From positions 1,472,001 to 1,536,000 of the forward strand of contig CBDCVK010000010.1 of the NCBI GenBank assembly GCA_965223005.1: DNA of 64,000 nt, given 5' to 3'. The notes below the pieces were generated by a model. It saw only the letters and a list, made by a program, of their open reading frames with translations. It made no database searches and was not told the DNA's origin. Both the position numbers and the translations under genes were made by a program. The stretch is from Terriglobia bacterium. GTDB taxonomy: Bacteria; Acidobacteriota; Terriglobia; JAJPHL01; JAPKYU01. Positions 10,393 to 20,555 of this stretch are shown piece by piece; the stretch's first letter is position 1, and each line of letters starts with the position of its first letter.

Positions 10393-11391
10393 ATGCATCT
10401 TGCGGAGCTGACGCGTAAATTGGTGGATATCGAGTCCATCACGGGACGGGAGCACGAGGTCGCGCTGTTTGTGGCCGACTACCTGCGCGGCCTAGGCGCC
10501 CAGGTGGAAGTGGCGGAAGCCGCGCCTGGACGCCCGAACGTCTTTGCCTGCTGGGGCCAACCGCTGGTGACTCTCTCGACTCACAGCGATACGGTGCCTC
10601 CCCATAGCAGCTCCGGGGAAGACGGCGAGTACATCTACGGCCGGGGTTCCTGTGACGCCAAAGGCATCATGGCCGCCCAGATCAAAGCCGCCGAGCGCCT
10701 GCGGGAACAAGCCACCGAGAATTTCGGACTGCTGTTTGTGGTGGGCGAGGAGCGGGACTCGACGGGAGCCGCCTTCGCAAACGACCATCCGCGCGGCTCG
10801 CGCTTTCTGATCAACGGCGAGCCCACCGAAAACCGGCTGGCCTTGGGTTGCAAAGGCGCTCTGCGGCCGGTATTGGAAGCGCGCGGGCGGGCGGCCCACT
10901 CGGCCTATCCTGAACTGGGAGAATCGGCCATTGAAAAGCTGCTGACGGCGCTGGTCAACCTGCGCTCCATCCCGCTGCCCAGTGACGACCTGCTGGGTGC
11001 CTCCACTTATAACATTGGCCTCATCGAGGGCGGCTGTGCTCCCAACGTCATCCCCGACCTGGCCCGCGCGGAGGTGCTGTTCCGCCTCGTGGGATCCTCG
11101 GAGCCGGTCAAGCAGGCCATTGCCCGCGCCGTCGCCGGATTGGCCGAGGTCCGCTACGCGCTGGAGATCCCCGCCATCCGCCTCGAAGCCATGGAAGGCT
11201 TCCCGACGACGGTGGTATCCTTCACTACGGATATTCCCAGGCTGAGCAACTGGGGACGCCCCTACTTAGTCGGGCCTGGGTCCGTCCGGGTGGCACACAC
11301 GGACCATGAACGCGTAGCTAAGCAGGAGCTGGAGCAAGCCGTGGGAATCTATTCGGAAATGACAAGGAGACTGCTGGCCGAGTGCAGGTAG
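10393..11391 (+). CDS. M20 family metallo-amidohydrolase (ArgE/DapE-like)
   Basis: HSDTV, YGRGSCDAKG, GEE, GEPT, AHSAYPE, GPG-AHT motifs. Confidence 0.9.
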   Translation: MHLAELTRKLVDIESITGREHEVALFVADYLRGLGAQVEVAEAAPGRPNVFACWGQPLVTLSTHSDTVPPHSSSGEDGEYIYGRGSCDAKGIMAAQIKAAERLREQATENFGLLFVVGEERDSTGAAFANDHPRGSRFLINGEPTENRLALGCKGALRPVLEARGRAAHSAYPELGESAIEKLLTALVNLRSIPLPSDDLLGASTYNIGLIEGGCAPNVIPDLARAEVLFRLVGSSEPVKQAIARAVAGLAEVRYALEIPAIRLEAMEGFPTTVVSFTTDIPRLSNWGRPYLVGPGSVRVAHTDHERVAKQELEQAVGIYSEMTRRLLAECR

Positions 11392-11514
11392 CGCCGACCT
11401 TGAACATAGCAAGCGGGGAGGCAGCAGACTGAAGCTTATCGTCACCTAGCGCCGCCCTTCAGGGCAGCAAGGCTCGGCGGCGGAAGCCAGCGCTCGGGGA
11501 CTTGGAAGTTACGT

Positions 11515-12556
11515 ATGAAAATCGAAGTAGGAATTTTGGGCGCCACCGGGATGGTGGGGCAGCAACTGGTCCGGCTGCTGGAAAATCATCCCTGGTTTGA
11601 GTTGAAGTGGGTGGCAGCTTCGGGCCGCTCTGCGGGCCGCACCTACGTTGAAGCCGCGCCTTGGCGGCTGGCGTCGCCGATGCCCGCCCAGACCCGGGAC
11701 TTGCGAGTGGAGGAGTGCCGACCGGGCGGTGGGCCACGCCTGGTCTTCTCCGGGTTGGATACCTCGGCGGCGCGGGAAATCGAGCCGGAATTTGCCCGCT
11801 GCGGTCATATCGTCGTCAGCAACGCCGGCAATTTCCGCATGGAACAGGATGTGCCCTTGCTGGTGCCGGAGATCAACGCCGAGCATCTCGGGCTGCTGGC
11901 CGCACAAGAACCGCGCGGGTGGAAAGGAAAGCTAGTCACCAATCCCAATTGCTCGGCCATCACCCTGACGATGGCGCTGGCTCCGCTGGAGCGGGCTTTT
12001 GGGCTGAAGCGCGTGCTGGTAACCACTTTGCAGGCCGTCTCCGGCGCCGGCTACCCCGGCGTAGCGTCGCTGGACATCCTGGGGAACGTGATCCCTTTCA
12101 TTCGCAACGAGGAAGAAAAGATCGAAGAGGAAACGCGCAAGATTCTCGGGCGGCTGCGCAACGGTAAGGTGGAAGAGGCAGCCATCACGATGAGCGTGCA
12201 GACCAACCGTGTGGCGGTGCTCGACGGCCACACCGAGAGCATAGCGGTGGAACTCAACCAGACTGCCGGTCTGGAGGATCTGAAGCAAGCCTGGCGCCAG
12301 TTCCGGGGCGCGCCGCAGGAGCGGCGCTTGCCAAGCGCGCCAGCGAATCCGGTAGTGGTGATGGAGGAACCCGACCGGCCACAGCCACGACTGGACGTGG
12401 AGCGAGAGGCCGGAATGGCCACTTTCGTCGGGCGTGCCCGGCCCCTGCCCTGTGCTCAACTACAAGTTCATCGCGCTGGGGCACAACACCGTGCGGGGCG
12501 CCGCCGGCGCGGCTCTGTTGAATGCCGAGCTGATGAAATCCGAAGGACTGTTGTGA
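11515..12556 (+). CDS. asd: Aspartate-semialdehyde dehydrogenase (archaeal/eukaryotic-like type), +1 frameshift at 12442-12445
   Basis: GILGATGMVGQ, PEIN, NPNCS, QAVSGAGYPG; conserved C-terminus KFIALGHNTVRGAAGAALLNAE lies in the shifted frame and ends at TGA 12556. Confidence 0.93.
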
Positions 12557-12635
12557 ATTGACGATTTGAGTTTTATTGGTCCTTTGACGGTTAGTCTGTT
12601 TCTTCCCTTCAATCGCCAATGATTCAACATCCTCC

Positions 12636-14009
12636 ATGATTATCCTGAAATTCGGTGGAACCTCGGTAGGAAGCGCCGAGGCCATCGTACGCGTGGCCGA
12701 TATCGTCGCGGGGCGCGCGGCGGAGCGTCCGCTGGTGGTGGTCTCGGCCATGGGGAAGACCACCGACCGGCTGCTGGAGCTGGCCACCACTGCAGTCGAG
12801 GGCGCCCGCAAGCGGGTCGTGGAGCTGCTCGGCGACCTCCGCGACTTCCACGGTCGCGAGGCTCGTAAGCTAGTTCCGCCAGCGCGTCGCGCGCCACTGG
12901 AAACCTGTCTGGAGGAGCACTTCCAGGAACTGTCCGAGCTGGTCAAGGGACTCTCGGTGCTGGGAGAGTTGACCCCACGCGCTACCGACGCCATTGCCAG
13001 CTACGGCGAGCGGCTCTCGTCGCTGGTCGTCAGCCAGGCCTTCGATCACCGCGGCCTGTCCGCCGCGCTGCTGGATTCTCGCCGCTACATCGTGACCGAC
13101 CAGCGGCACACTCAGGCGGCACCGCTGTTCGAGCCAACCGAAGAGCGGCTGCGCCAGATGGTCCCCGGACTGCTGGCCGAAGACCGCATCCCGGTGATGG
13201 GTGGCTACATCGCCGCTACCGAGCAGGGCGTCACCACCACTTTGGGCCGCGGCGGCTCCGATTTCACTGCCTCCCTCGTCGGGGCGGCGCTGGGGGCCGA
13301 GCGGATTGAGATCTGGACCGACGTGGATGGCATGCTCACTGCCGACCCAACGCTGTACCCCGAAGCCCGCCGGGTGAAGATGATTTCCTTCGAGGAGGCC
13401 AGCGAGCTGGCCTATTTTGGCGCTAAGGTGCTCCATCCCAGCACGCTGCTTCCCGCCGTCGAGAAACAGATCCCGATTTCGATCCTGAACTCGCACAAGC
13501 CGAAGACGGCGGGCACCGTCATCACCCAGCAGGCCCCCAGGACCGGCAATATTTTCAAGTCCATCGCCTGCAAGAAGAACATCACCATCGTGGACATCTG
13601 CTCGACACGGATGCTGATGGCTTACGGATTTCTGCGGGCCATCTTCGAGGTGTTCGAGCGCTACCAGACGCCGGTGGACATGGTGTCCACCAGCGAAGTC
13701 AGCGTGTCGCTGACGGTGGATAACCCGAGCCGCCTGCTGGAAATCGTTGCCGAGCTGCGCCACATCGCTCACGTTTCCTACGAGGGGGGCAAAGCCATCG
13801 TTTGTCTGGTGGGCGACAACATCAAGTTCACCCCGGGCGTCGCCGGCAAAGTATTCAAGGCCATTGAGAAGGTAAACGTGCGCATGATCTCGCAGGGGGC
13901 ATCGGCGCTGAACATCAGCTTTGTGGTGGACGAGGACCGGCTGAAAGAGGTAGTCTCCCGCCTGCACCGGACCTTCTTCCGCGAAGTGGACCCCAGAGTT
14001 TTTGAATGA
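12636..14009 (+). CDS. lysC: Aspartate kinase (lysine-sensitive type)
   Basis: LKFGGTSV, VVSAMGKTTD, TTLGRGGSD, IWTDVDG, FGAKVLHP, two ACT domains. Confidence 0.96.
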   Translation: MIILKFGGTSVGSAEAIVRVADIVAGRAAERPLVVVSAMGKTTDRLLELATTAVEGARKRVVELLGDLRDFHGREARKLVPPARRAPLETCLEEHFQELSELVKGLSVLGELTPRATDAIASYGERLSSLVVSQAFDHRGLSAALLDSRRYIVTDQRHTQAAPLFEPTEERLRQMVPGLLAEDRIPVMGGYIAATEQGVTTTLGRGGSDFTASLVGAALGAERIEIWTDVDGMLTADPTLYPEARRVKMISFEEASELAYFGAKVLHPSTLLPAVEKQIPISILNSHKPKTAGTVITQQAPRTGNIFKSIACKKNITIVDICSTRMLMAYGFLRAIFEVFERYQTPVDMVSTSEVSVSLTVDNPSRLLEIVAELRHIAHVSYEGGKAIVCLVGDNIKFTPGVAGKVFKAIEKVNVRMISQGASALNISFVVDEDRLKEVVSRLHRTFFREVDPRVFE

Positions 14010-14033
14010 TGCTTTCTCGATGAAGAGCCTCCC

Positions 14034-14732
14034 ATGAAGATCGTGCTTCTCGGTTACGGCAAGATGGGGAAACTGCTGGATGAGCTGGCCCCCTCCCTCG
14101 GCATGGAGGTCGTCGAGCGCCTGGACATCTGGAACAACCAGGGCGGGGCCGGCATCACCAAGGAGAATTTTCGAGGTGCTGAGGTGGCGCTGGACTTTTC
14201 GATGCCGGAGGCGGCATTGGAAAACATTCCCCGAGTGGCCGGGCTGGGCGTCAACCTGGTGGTGGGCACGACCGGCTGGCACGACAAGCTGGATCAAATG
14301 CGGGCCGCGGTGGAGAAGCACGGCATCGGGATGGTCTACGGCTCCAATTTTTCGATCGGTGTGAACATCTTCTACCGCGTGGCGGAAACTGCCGCCCGGT
14401 GGTTAAAGGAACGTCCTGAGTATGACCCCTGGGTTTACGAAATCCACCATCGGGCGAAGTTGGACGCGCCGTCAGGCACAGCACTGAAGCTCCGCGACCT
14501 GCTGCTGACCCAGTACGGGACGCGCTCCATCTGCGTTTCCAGCGCCCGTGCCGGCGCTGTTCCGGGCGAGCACACGGTAGGGTTCGATTCCGAGGCCGAT
14601 ACCATCACCTTGACGCACACCGCCCGTAGCCGGAAGGGCTTTGCCTTGGGAGCGCTCCGCGCAGCCGACTGGGTTCGCGGCAAGCGCGGCCTCTACGAGT
14701 TTTCGGAAGTCTTGTTCGGGGACGCCAGCTAA
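14034..14732 (+). CDS. dapB: 4-hydroxy-tetrahydrodipicolinate reductase
   Basis: GYGKMG, VVGTTG, NFSIG, EIHHRAKLDAPSGTA, GEH, GFALGA. Confidence 0.95.
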   Translation: MKIVLLGYGKMGKLLDELAPSLGMEVVERLDIWNNQGGAGITKENFRGAEVALDFSMPEAALENIPRVAGLGVNLVVGTTGWHDKLDQMRAAVEKHGIGMVYGSNFSIGVNIFYRVAETAARWLKERPEYDPWVYEIHHRAKLDAPSGTALKLRDLLLTQYGTRSICVSSARAGAVPGEHTVGFDSEADTITLTHTARSRKGFALGALRAADWVRGKRGLYEFSEVLFGDAS

Positions 14733-14806
14733 ATGACTCCGTACTGTGGATTGGCGAAAGGTAAACCCAAAGCCGAATTCCGAAATTAGCAATCAGGAGG
14801 GCTGCA

Positions 14807-15721
14807 ATGGGCGCCACAACACTGAAGGGCTGCGGCACTGCGCTGGTCACTCCGTTCCGGAGCGACGGCGCGCTGGATGAGGGCTCGCTGCGGCGCCTGG
14901 TCCGTTTCCAGGTGCAGGAGCGTATTGACTTCCTGGTGCCCTGCGGGACCACCGGGGAAAGCCCCACGCTCACGCACGAGGAGCACCTGCGCGTGGTCGA
15001 GATCACACTGGAGGAGTCGCGGGCAGGCGGGCGGGCGGTGCCAGTGTTCCCCGGGGCCGGCGGCAACAACACCGTGAAGATCGCCGCGCTCATCCGCGAA
15101 CTGGAAGCGATGGGTGTGGACGGGATCGTGTCGGTCTCGCCCTACTACAACAAGCCCACCCAGGAGGGCATCTACCAGCACTACCGCGCGCTGAACGACA
15201 CCACGCGCCTGCCCCTCATCGTCTACAACGTACCTGGCCGCACCGGCTCCAACATCGAGCCGGCGACTCAGGCGCGTCTGGCAGCGCTGCCCAACATCGT
15301 GGGCGTGAAGGAAGCCTCAGGGAACATCACCCAGATGGCCGAGGTCCTCCAGTCTGTACCGGAGGGGTTTGCCGTGCTGTCAGGCGATGATGCCGTCACG
15401 CTGCCGCTGATGGCTCTGGGGGGCGTCGGGGTCATTTCGGTAGCCTCAAACGAAGTGCCCGGCGAGATGGCGCGGCTGACGGCGAAATGCTTGGCCGGCG
15501 ATTTTTCAGCGGCCCGGCAACAGAACCGCCGCCTGTTGCCGCTGATGCAGGCCAATTTCATTGAGTCGAATCCCATCCCGGTAAAGGCGGCGCTGGCCAT
15601 GATGGGCCTGATCGAGGAGCGCTACCGCCTGCCGCTGGTGCCCATGAAGCCGGAGAACCGCGCCCGGCTGGAAAAGGTACTGGACGCGCTGGGTCTGCTG
15701 GCCGTACAGGTCCCAAAGTAA
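14807..15721 (+). CDS. dapA: 4-hydroxy-tetrahydrodipicolinate synthase
   Basis: ALVTPF, GTTGES, PYYNKP, YNVPGRTG, GVKEASG, SGDD, NPIPVK. Confidence 0.97.
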   Translation: MGATTLKGCGTALVTPFRSDGALDEGSLRRLVRFQVQERIDFLVPCGTTGESPTLTHEEHLRVVEITLEESRAGGRAVPVFPGAGGNNTVKIAALIRELEAMGVDGIVSVSPYYNKPTQEGIYQHYRALNDTTRLPLIVYNVPGRTGSNIEPATQARLAALPNIVGVKEASGNITQMAEVLQSVPEGFAVLSGDDAVTLPLMALGGVGVISVASNEVPGEMARLTAKCLAGDFSAARQQNRRLLPLMQANFIESNPIPVKAALAMMGLIEERYRLPLVPMKPENRARLEKVLDALGLLAVQVPK

Positions 15722-15785
15722 GAGGTCCAAAGTCGCTACTCCTTGCACTTGTCTGGTTTGGACATAGGACGTTGGCCCTGAACTC

Positions 15786-16619
15786 ATGACCCTTCAGCAA
15801 CGCATCGAGCGACTCTTCGAAGCCTCGCCTGTCGGCGAGGAGCACCTGGCCGCGTTTGAAGAACTGAAGGCCGAGCTGAATGCAGGCCGCGTGCGCGCCG
15901 CTGAGCCCGATCAAGGGGCCAAGCCGACCGGCTGGCGAGTCAATCCCTGGGTCAAGAAGGGCATCCTGATTGGCTTCCGAGCCGGAGCGCTCCAGGAGAT
16001 GTCCGTAGACCGCTGGCCCTTCTTTGACAAGCACACCTTCCCGCTGAAGCGGCTCGAGGTGGCCAGCGGGGTGCGGGTTGTTCCCGGAGGTTCCTCGGTC
16101 CGCGACGGCTGCTTCGTTGCCAGCGGCGTCACCTGCATGCCCCCCATGTACATCAACGCGGGTGCGTACGTGGACGAAGGGACGATGGTGGACTCGCACG
16201 CGTTGGTCGGCTCCTGCGCCCAGGTGGGCAAACGGGTGCACCTGAGCGCGGCGGCGCAGGTCGGCGGCGTGCTGGAGCCAGTGGGCGCCCTGCCGGTGAT
16301 CATCGAGGACGAGGTGCTGGTGGGGGGCAACTGCGGCATCTACGAAGGCACGGTCGTCAAGCGCCGCGCGGTGCTGGGCGCCGGCACCATTCTCACCGGT
16401 GCAACCCCTGTCTACGACCTGGTGCGCAGCCAGGTCTACCGCCGCGAGGGTGACCACCCGTTGGTGATTCCTGAGCAGGCCGTCGTCGTTCCCGGCTCGC
16501 GCGCCGTCTCTTCCGGGGTAGGCCGCGAGTGGCAGCTTTCGCTCTACACCCCGGTCATCGTCAAATATCGCGATCCCAAGACCGAGCGCAGCATCCAGCT
16601 CGAAGACCTGCTTCGGTAA
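15786..16619 (+). CDS. dapD: Tetrahydrodipicolinate N-succinyltransferase
   Basis: [18 protein letters not shown], hexapeptide repeats, [14 protein letters not shown]. Confidence 0.94.
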   Translation: MTLQQRIERLFEASPVGEEHLAAFEELKAELNAGRVRAAEPDQGAKPTGWRVNPWVKKGILIGFRAGALQEMSVDRWPFFDKHTFPLKRLEVASGVRVVPGGSSVRDGCFVASGVTCMPPMYINAGAYVDEGTMVDSHALVGSCAQVGKRVHLSAAAQVGGVLEPVGALPVIIEDEVLVGGNCGIYEGTVVKRRAVLGAGTILTGATPVYDLVRSQVYRREGDHPLVIPEQAVVVPGSRAVSSGVGREWQLSLYTPVIVKYRDPKTERSIQLEDLLR

Positions 16620-16734
16620 GAACCCAAGAGACAACTTAAAGGCACTAAGACCCGAAGTTCACAAGGGAAGCGGCTTCCCTGTCGAGGGCGCAGACTCCTT
16701 GGAGCCATCCAGAGATTGGTGTAGCCTTGCGCTC

Positions 16735-17634
16735 ATGAAAGCCCAGCGAAAGTTTACCGTGGCGCTGATCCAAATGAGCCTGACGCCCGACTCCGAGGAA
16801 AACCTGGCACGGGCAATCTCAGGGGTCGAGGAAGCGGCCCGCGTCGGTGCCGAGGTGATCTGCCTGCCGGAGTTGTTCCGAACGCAATACATTTGCCAGC
16901 GAGAAGACACGGCCTTCTTCGACTTGGCCGAGCCGGTGCCCGGCCCCACCACCGAGGCCCTGGCGAGAGCTGCACGGAAGGTACGTGTCGTGGTGATTGC
17001 GCCGGTCTTTGAACGCCGGGCCGCGGGCGTCTATCACAACAGCGCCGCAGTCATTGACGACCGCGGGGAGCTGGCTGGGCTTTACCGCAAGATGCATATC
17101 CCGGACGACCCTGCCTACTACGAGAAGTTCTACTTTACCCCCGGTGACCTGGGCTTTCCGGTCTTCCAGACGCGCGTGGGGCGAATCGGGGTACTCATCT
17201 GCTGGGACCAGTGGTACCCGGAGGCAGCACGCCTGGCCGCGCTTCAGGGAGCCGACGTGCTTTTCTACCCCAGCGCGATTGGCTGGCACCCTTCCGAGAA
17301 GGAGAGCTGCGGCGAAACACAGCGGGACGCCTGGCGCACCGTGCACCAGGGACATGCGATCGCGAACGGGGTTTACATCGCAGCGGTCAACCGCGTCGGC
17401 CATGAGGTCCCAGCCGCAGGCGGGCCGGGAATCGAGTTCTGGGGCTCGTCCTTCCTCGCGGACCCTCAGGGAATTGTTGTAGCCGAGGCGCCAGACGACC
17501 ACGAGGCCATCCTCCTTGGCCAGGTAGATCTGGAGCGACTGGAGGAGGTGCGCCGCGACTGGCCCTTTCTGCGCGACCGCCGGATTGAAGCCTACGCCGG
17601 GCTGAACAGCCGCTATCTGGACAAAGCGCCGTGA
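16735..17634 (+). CDS. aguB: N-carbamoylputrescine amidase (nitrilase family)
   Basis: LPELF, YRKMHIPDDP, EKFYFTPGD, ICWDQWYPEAAR, WPFLRDRR; adjacent to aguA. Confidence 0.88.
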   Translation: MKAQRKFTVALIQMSLTPDSEENLARAISGVEEAARVGAEVICLPELFRTQYICQREDTAFFDLAEPVPGPTTEALARAARKVRVVVIAPVFERRAAGVYHNSAAVIDDRGELAGLYRKMHIPDDPAYYEKFYFTPGDLGFPVFQTRVGRIGVLICWDQWYPEAARLAALQGADVLFYPSAIGWHPSEKESCGETQRDAWRTVHQGHAIANGVYIAAVNRVGHEVPAAGGPGIEFWGSSFLADPQGIVVAEAPDDHEAILLGQVDLERLEEVRRDWPFLRDRRIEAYAGLNSRYLDKAP

Positions 17635-18791
17635 GGCTAAAACCCGTAGTGGAGCGCCGGAGCCAGGCCCGGAGTGAGGCCCAAAGTGAGGCAATGACAC
17701 CGGCCGCCTTGGGGTTCCGCCTGCCCGCCGAGTGGGAACCGCACGAGGCCACCTGGATCGGCTGGCCGCATAACCGAAGCGATTGGCCGGGAAAGCTAGC
17801 CCCGATCCACTGGGTTTACGGCGAGATTGCGCGGAAACTCGCGCCGGGGGAGCTCCTGCGAATTCTGGTGAACTCGAGCGCACAGGAGGCGCGCGCCCGG
17901 CGACTTCTCAGTCGGGTCGGGGTGGACCTCACCCGTGCCGAGTTTTTCCGTTTCCCCACCAACCGGGGCTGGACGCGCGACTTCGGGCCGGTCTTCGTCT
18001 GGCGCGGCGTGACCGGTGCGCCGCAGAACTCAAGGCACCCCGCGGCCAGCGAAGTGGCTATCGTGCGCTTCCGGTTTAACGGCTGGGCGCGCTATCGGGA
18101 CTGGCAGAAGGACGATGCGGTGCCAGAGCGCGCGGCTCGCGCCCTGGGCCTTCGTTTGTTTCGCGCCACCAGCGATGGCGGCTCGCCGCGCCGGTTCGTG
18201 TTCGAAGGCGGCAGCATTGAGGTGAACGGCCGCGGCACGCTGCTGACCACCGAGGAGTGCTTGCTTGACCCGGCCGTTCAGGTGCGCAACCCGGGCCTGA
18301 GCCGAAAGCAGGTCGAGGCGGCGCTGCGAGTCAACCTTGGTGTCAGCAACGTTCTCTGGCTCGGCCGCGGGATTGCGGGCGACGATACGCACGGGCACGT
18401 GGACGACCTGTGTCGCTTTGTCGGGCCCCGCACGGTCGTGCTGTGCCAGGAAGACAACTCGGACGACGTCAACCACCGGCCGCTGGAGGAAAACCGGGAA
18501 CGCCTGGAAGGAATGCGCCTGGAGGACGGACACCGGATCGAGGTAGTGCGGCTGCCCATGCCCGCGCCTCTTTATCTGGACGGGCAGCGGCTCCCGGCCA
18601 GCTACGCCAACTTCTACATTGCGAACGCAGCCGTGCTGGTCCCGACCTTCAACGATCCCCACGACCGCATCGCCCTGGGCACGCTGGCCGAGCTTTTTTC
18701 CGGCCGGCCGGTGGTCGGCATCCATGCGGTGGACTTGGTCTGGGGGCTCGGGACACTGCACTGCCTGACACGTGAGCAACCGGCCAAGTAG
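17631..18791 (+). CDS. aguA: Agmatine deiminase
   Basis: PAEWEPH, WTRDFGP, FEGGSI, DDTHGHVD, ASYANF, GTLHCLT. Confidence 0.92.
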   Translation: MRLKPVVERRSQARSEAQSEAMTPAALGFRLPAEWEPHEATWIGWPHNRSDWPGKLAPIHWVYGEIARKLAPGELLRILVNSSAQEARARRLLSRVGVDLTRAEFFRFPTNRGWTRDFGPVFVWRGVTGAPQNSRHPAASEVAIVRFRFNGWARYRDWQKDDAVPERAARALGLRLFRATSDGGSPRRFVFEGGSIEVNGRGTLLTTEECLLDPAVQVRNPGLSRKQVEAALRVNLGVSNVLWLGRGIAGDDTHGHVDDLCRFVGPRTVVLCQEDNSDDVNHRPLEENRERLEGMRLEDGHRIEVVRLPMPAPLYLDGQRLPASYANFYIANAAVLVPTFNDPHDRIALGTLAELFSGRPVVGIHAVDLVWGLGTLHCLTREQPAK

Positions 18792-18886
18792 GCAGATTAC
18801 CGCCCGATTGCAGAAATCCTGCCTGCTGGTTTTCACTGCCTGGTCGCAACAAGTTCACGGCAATACATGGCAAAGGAGGAGAAGCA

Positions 18887-19096
18887 ATGAAAGTCGGAGC
18901 GCGCAACCGCATCGTCGGGACCGTGACCAGCATCGCCAAGGGTAAGCTGATGTGTCTGGTGAAGGTGGAAGTTCCGGCACGGTCCCGCATGGCGTCGGTG
19001 ATGACCATCGAGTCGCTGAAGGGGCTAAGCCTCCGTAAAGGAGACCGGGTCGAGGTGGTTGTGAAAGCGGTGAATGTGCTCTTGATCAGGCGCTAG
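18887..19096 (+). CDS. Mop/TOBE molybdate-binding protein
   Basis: ARNRIVGTV...SVMTIES...L-KGDRV...VKA Mop signature; GGAGG RBS. Confidence 0.85.
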   Translation: MKVGARNRIVGTVTSIAKGKLMCLVKVEVPARSRMASVMTIESLKGLSLRKGDRVEVVVKAVNVLLIRR

Positions 19097-19115
19097 GGGA
19101 CAACCGCTTAAGGAC

Positions 19116-19970
19116 TTAGGCGCCCGAGTTGGAAGACCGGTCAAGCTTGATGCTTTCCCAGGCTGGCTCGCGCCTACCGACTACGCTTGCGGGCCATCGC
19201 AGCAGGCCAGCAGGACTGAAGTCGGCGATCCTGACCTGCTTTTCGGTGACCGTGATGGGAGCCTGAAGTTTAAACGTGATCACCGTCTCGCTCGGGCAAA
19301 CTGCCGGATCTCCCCGTGTGGCGAGCACAACACCCGTCCCCGCTCCAGCTCCGGTGGCAGCACCAATCCCTGCTCCCTTTTTACCCCCAGCGATGGCGCC
19401 AATCCCGGCGCCAATGCCGGTCGCGATGCCGACTTTCGTAGCGTCCTTTTTCTTCGTGGTCTTTGCCTTGCAGCTACGGACGTTGGTATCAATGGCGATC
19501 GTCTGGCCATCGGCCGTCTCGAGTTGCGTCAGTTGAATTGCCAGACTAGCTACACCTTTGACGCGTCCCCCTTCATCCGCTTCAGCAATGCGGCCTTCCA
19601 CTGTGGAACCCTTGGGAGCGATCACCCACTCGCCTTCCACCAGGGGTTCTTCCAGGCTCGCCGTGAAAGTATCTCCTGTCTTGTTCGTCTTTGTGGAAAG
19701 CGTACTTGTGGTGCGCACCTTCAGCTCAGTTCCCTCAGGGAGAGTGACGGTCCGGGGTTGAGGTTCGGCGGCTTCTTCTGTCGCGGTGGCCCCCTCGGAG
19801 GAGGCGCCGGCAGAGGGAGCGGGATGTGTGCTTCTCGTGGGCGTGCTAGAAGTCTCGGCGGCAGACTCGCTGGCTGGCTCGTTAGCTGTGGTGCATCCAG
19901 GCTGCAAAACCAACACTGCAGCTAGCCCACAGATTAAGAAGAAACCAAATCTCTCACGCTTCCTAAACAT
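19116..19970 (-). CDS. Putative lipoprotein with TrbI/VirB10-like beta domain and glycine zipper
   Basis: Hydrophobic signal then Cys (PGC); LPEGTELKVR, GDTFTASL, GRVKG, GAGIGAIAGGKKGAGIGA. Confidence 0.75.
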   Translation of the reverse strand: MFRKRERFGFFLICGLAAVLVLQPGCTTANEPASESAAETSSTPTRSTHPAPSAGASSEGATATEEAAEPQPRTVTLPEGTELKVRTTSTLSTKTNKTGDTFTASLEEPLVEGEWVIAPKGSTVEGRIAEADEGGRVKGVASLAIQLTQLETADGQTIAIDTNVRSCKAKTTKKKDATKVGIATGIGAGIGAIAGGKKGAGIGAATGAGAGTGVVLATRGDPAVCPSETVITFKLQAPITVTEKQVRIADFSPAGLLRWPASVVGRREPAWESIKLDRSSNSGA

Positions 19971-20166
19971 GGAAATTACCTCCTGAGCAACCATTCCTGA
20001 CAGCGCAGCCATCCTGCGCGCGTCTTGTAGCGGGTGTCAAGGTCGGGGGAAGGTCGGGCGGACAGTGATTTGGCCGCAATGAACATCGGATTGCTTTGCA
20101 AGGCAACGTCCCCGTCCCGCCTCACCCGCTGCCGAGGTTTTGGTGCCGGTAATTCGCTTGCGAGTC

Positions 20167-20555
20167 CTACTTGGTCTTGCCTTTGGCTTTTCCCTTGCCG
20201 TCGGCTTTGGCCTTATCCTTGGTCTTACCCATTGGCCTTGGCCTTACCCTTGCTCTTAGCTTTCGTCTCCGCCTCGTCGCTGGAGCCGCCGCTCCTTTTT
20301 ACCAGGCCAGAGGGCTGCTCGAAGCCGCGGTGCTCCTGTCCCTGGCCCAGCTCCTGGGCTTCGCCTGCCCGCGTAGTACCTGCGGCTGCCGGTGGCGTGC
20401 GCTGACTTGCCGGACGCGCCATGCTCCGTGTCGGCAGCAGCGGACTTCGGCTTGTCTTTCCCTTTCGCTGCGCCTTTTCCCTTCCCCGTCCGTGCCGGCA
20501 CAGCTATGGCCAGCACGACCAAGGCCGCCAGGGAAAGATAGATCAGTCGTCGCAT
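20167..20555 (-). CDS. Small exported Lys/Gly/Ala-rich protein, two apparent +1 indels (~20381, ~20229)
   Basis: GAGGAGG RBS, signal peptide MRRLIYLSLAALVVLAIAVPA; removing two bases gives a 128-aa ORF ending ...KAKGKTK-TAG at 20167. Confidence 0.6.

Noticed and set aside
11392-11514. Lysine riboswitch upstream of asd or lysC
   Set aside because: The gaps are too short (123 and ~80 nt) and lack the expected multi-helix motifs
12442-12445. Programmed frameshift in asd
   Set aside because: No slippery heptamer or stimulator; similar homopolymer indels elsewhere point to error
18792-18886. Moco riboswitch or ModE box before the Mop gene
   Set aside because: No matching motif visible
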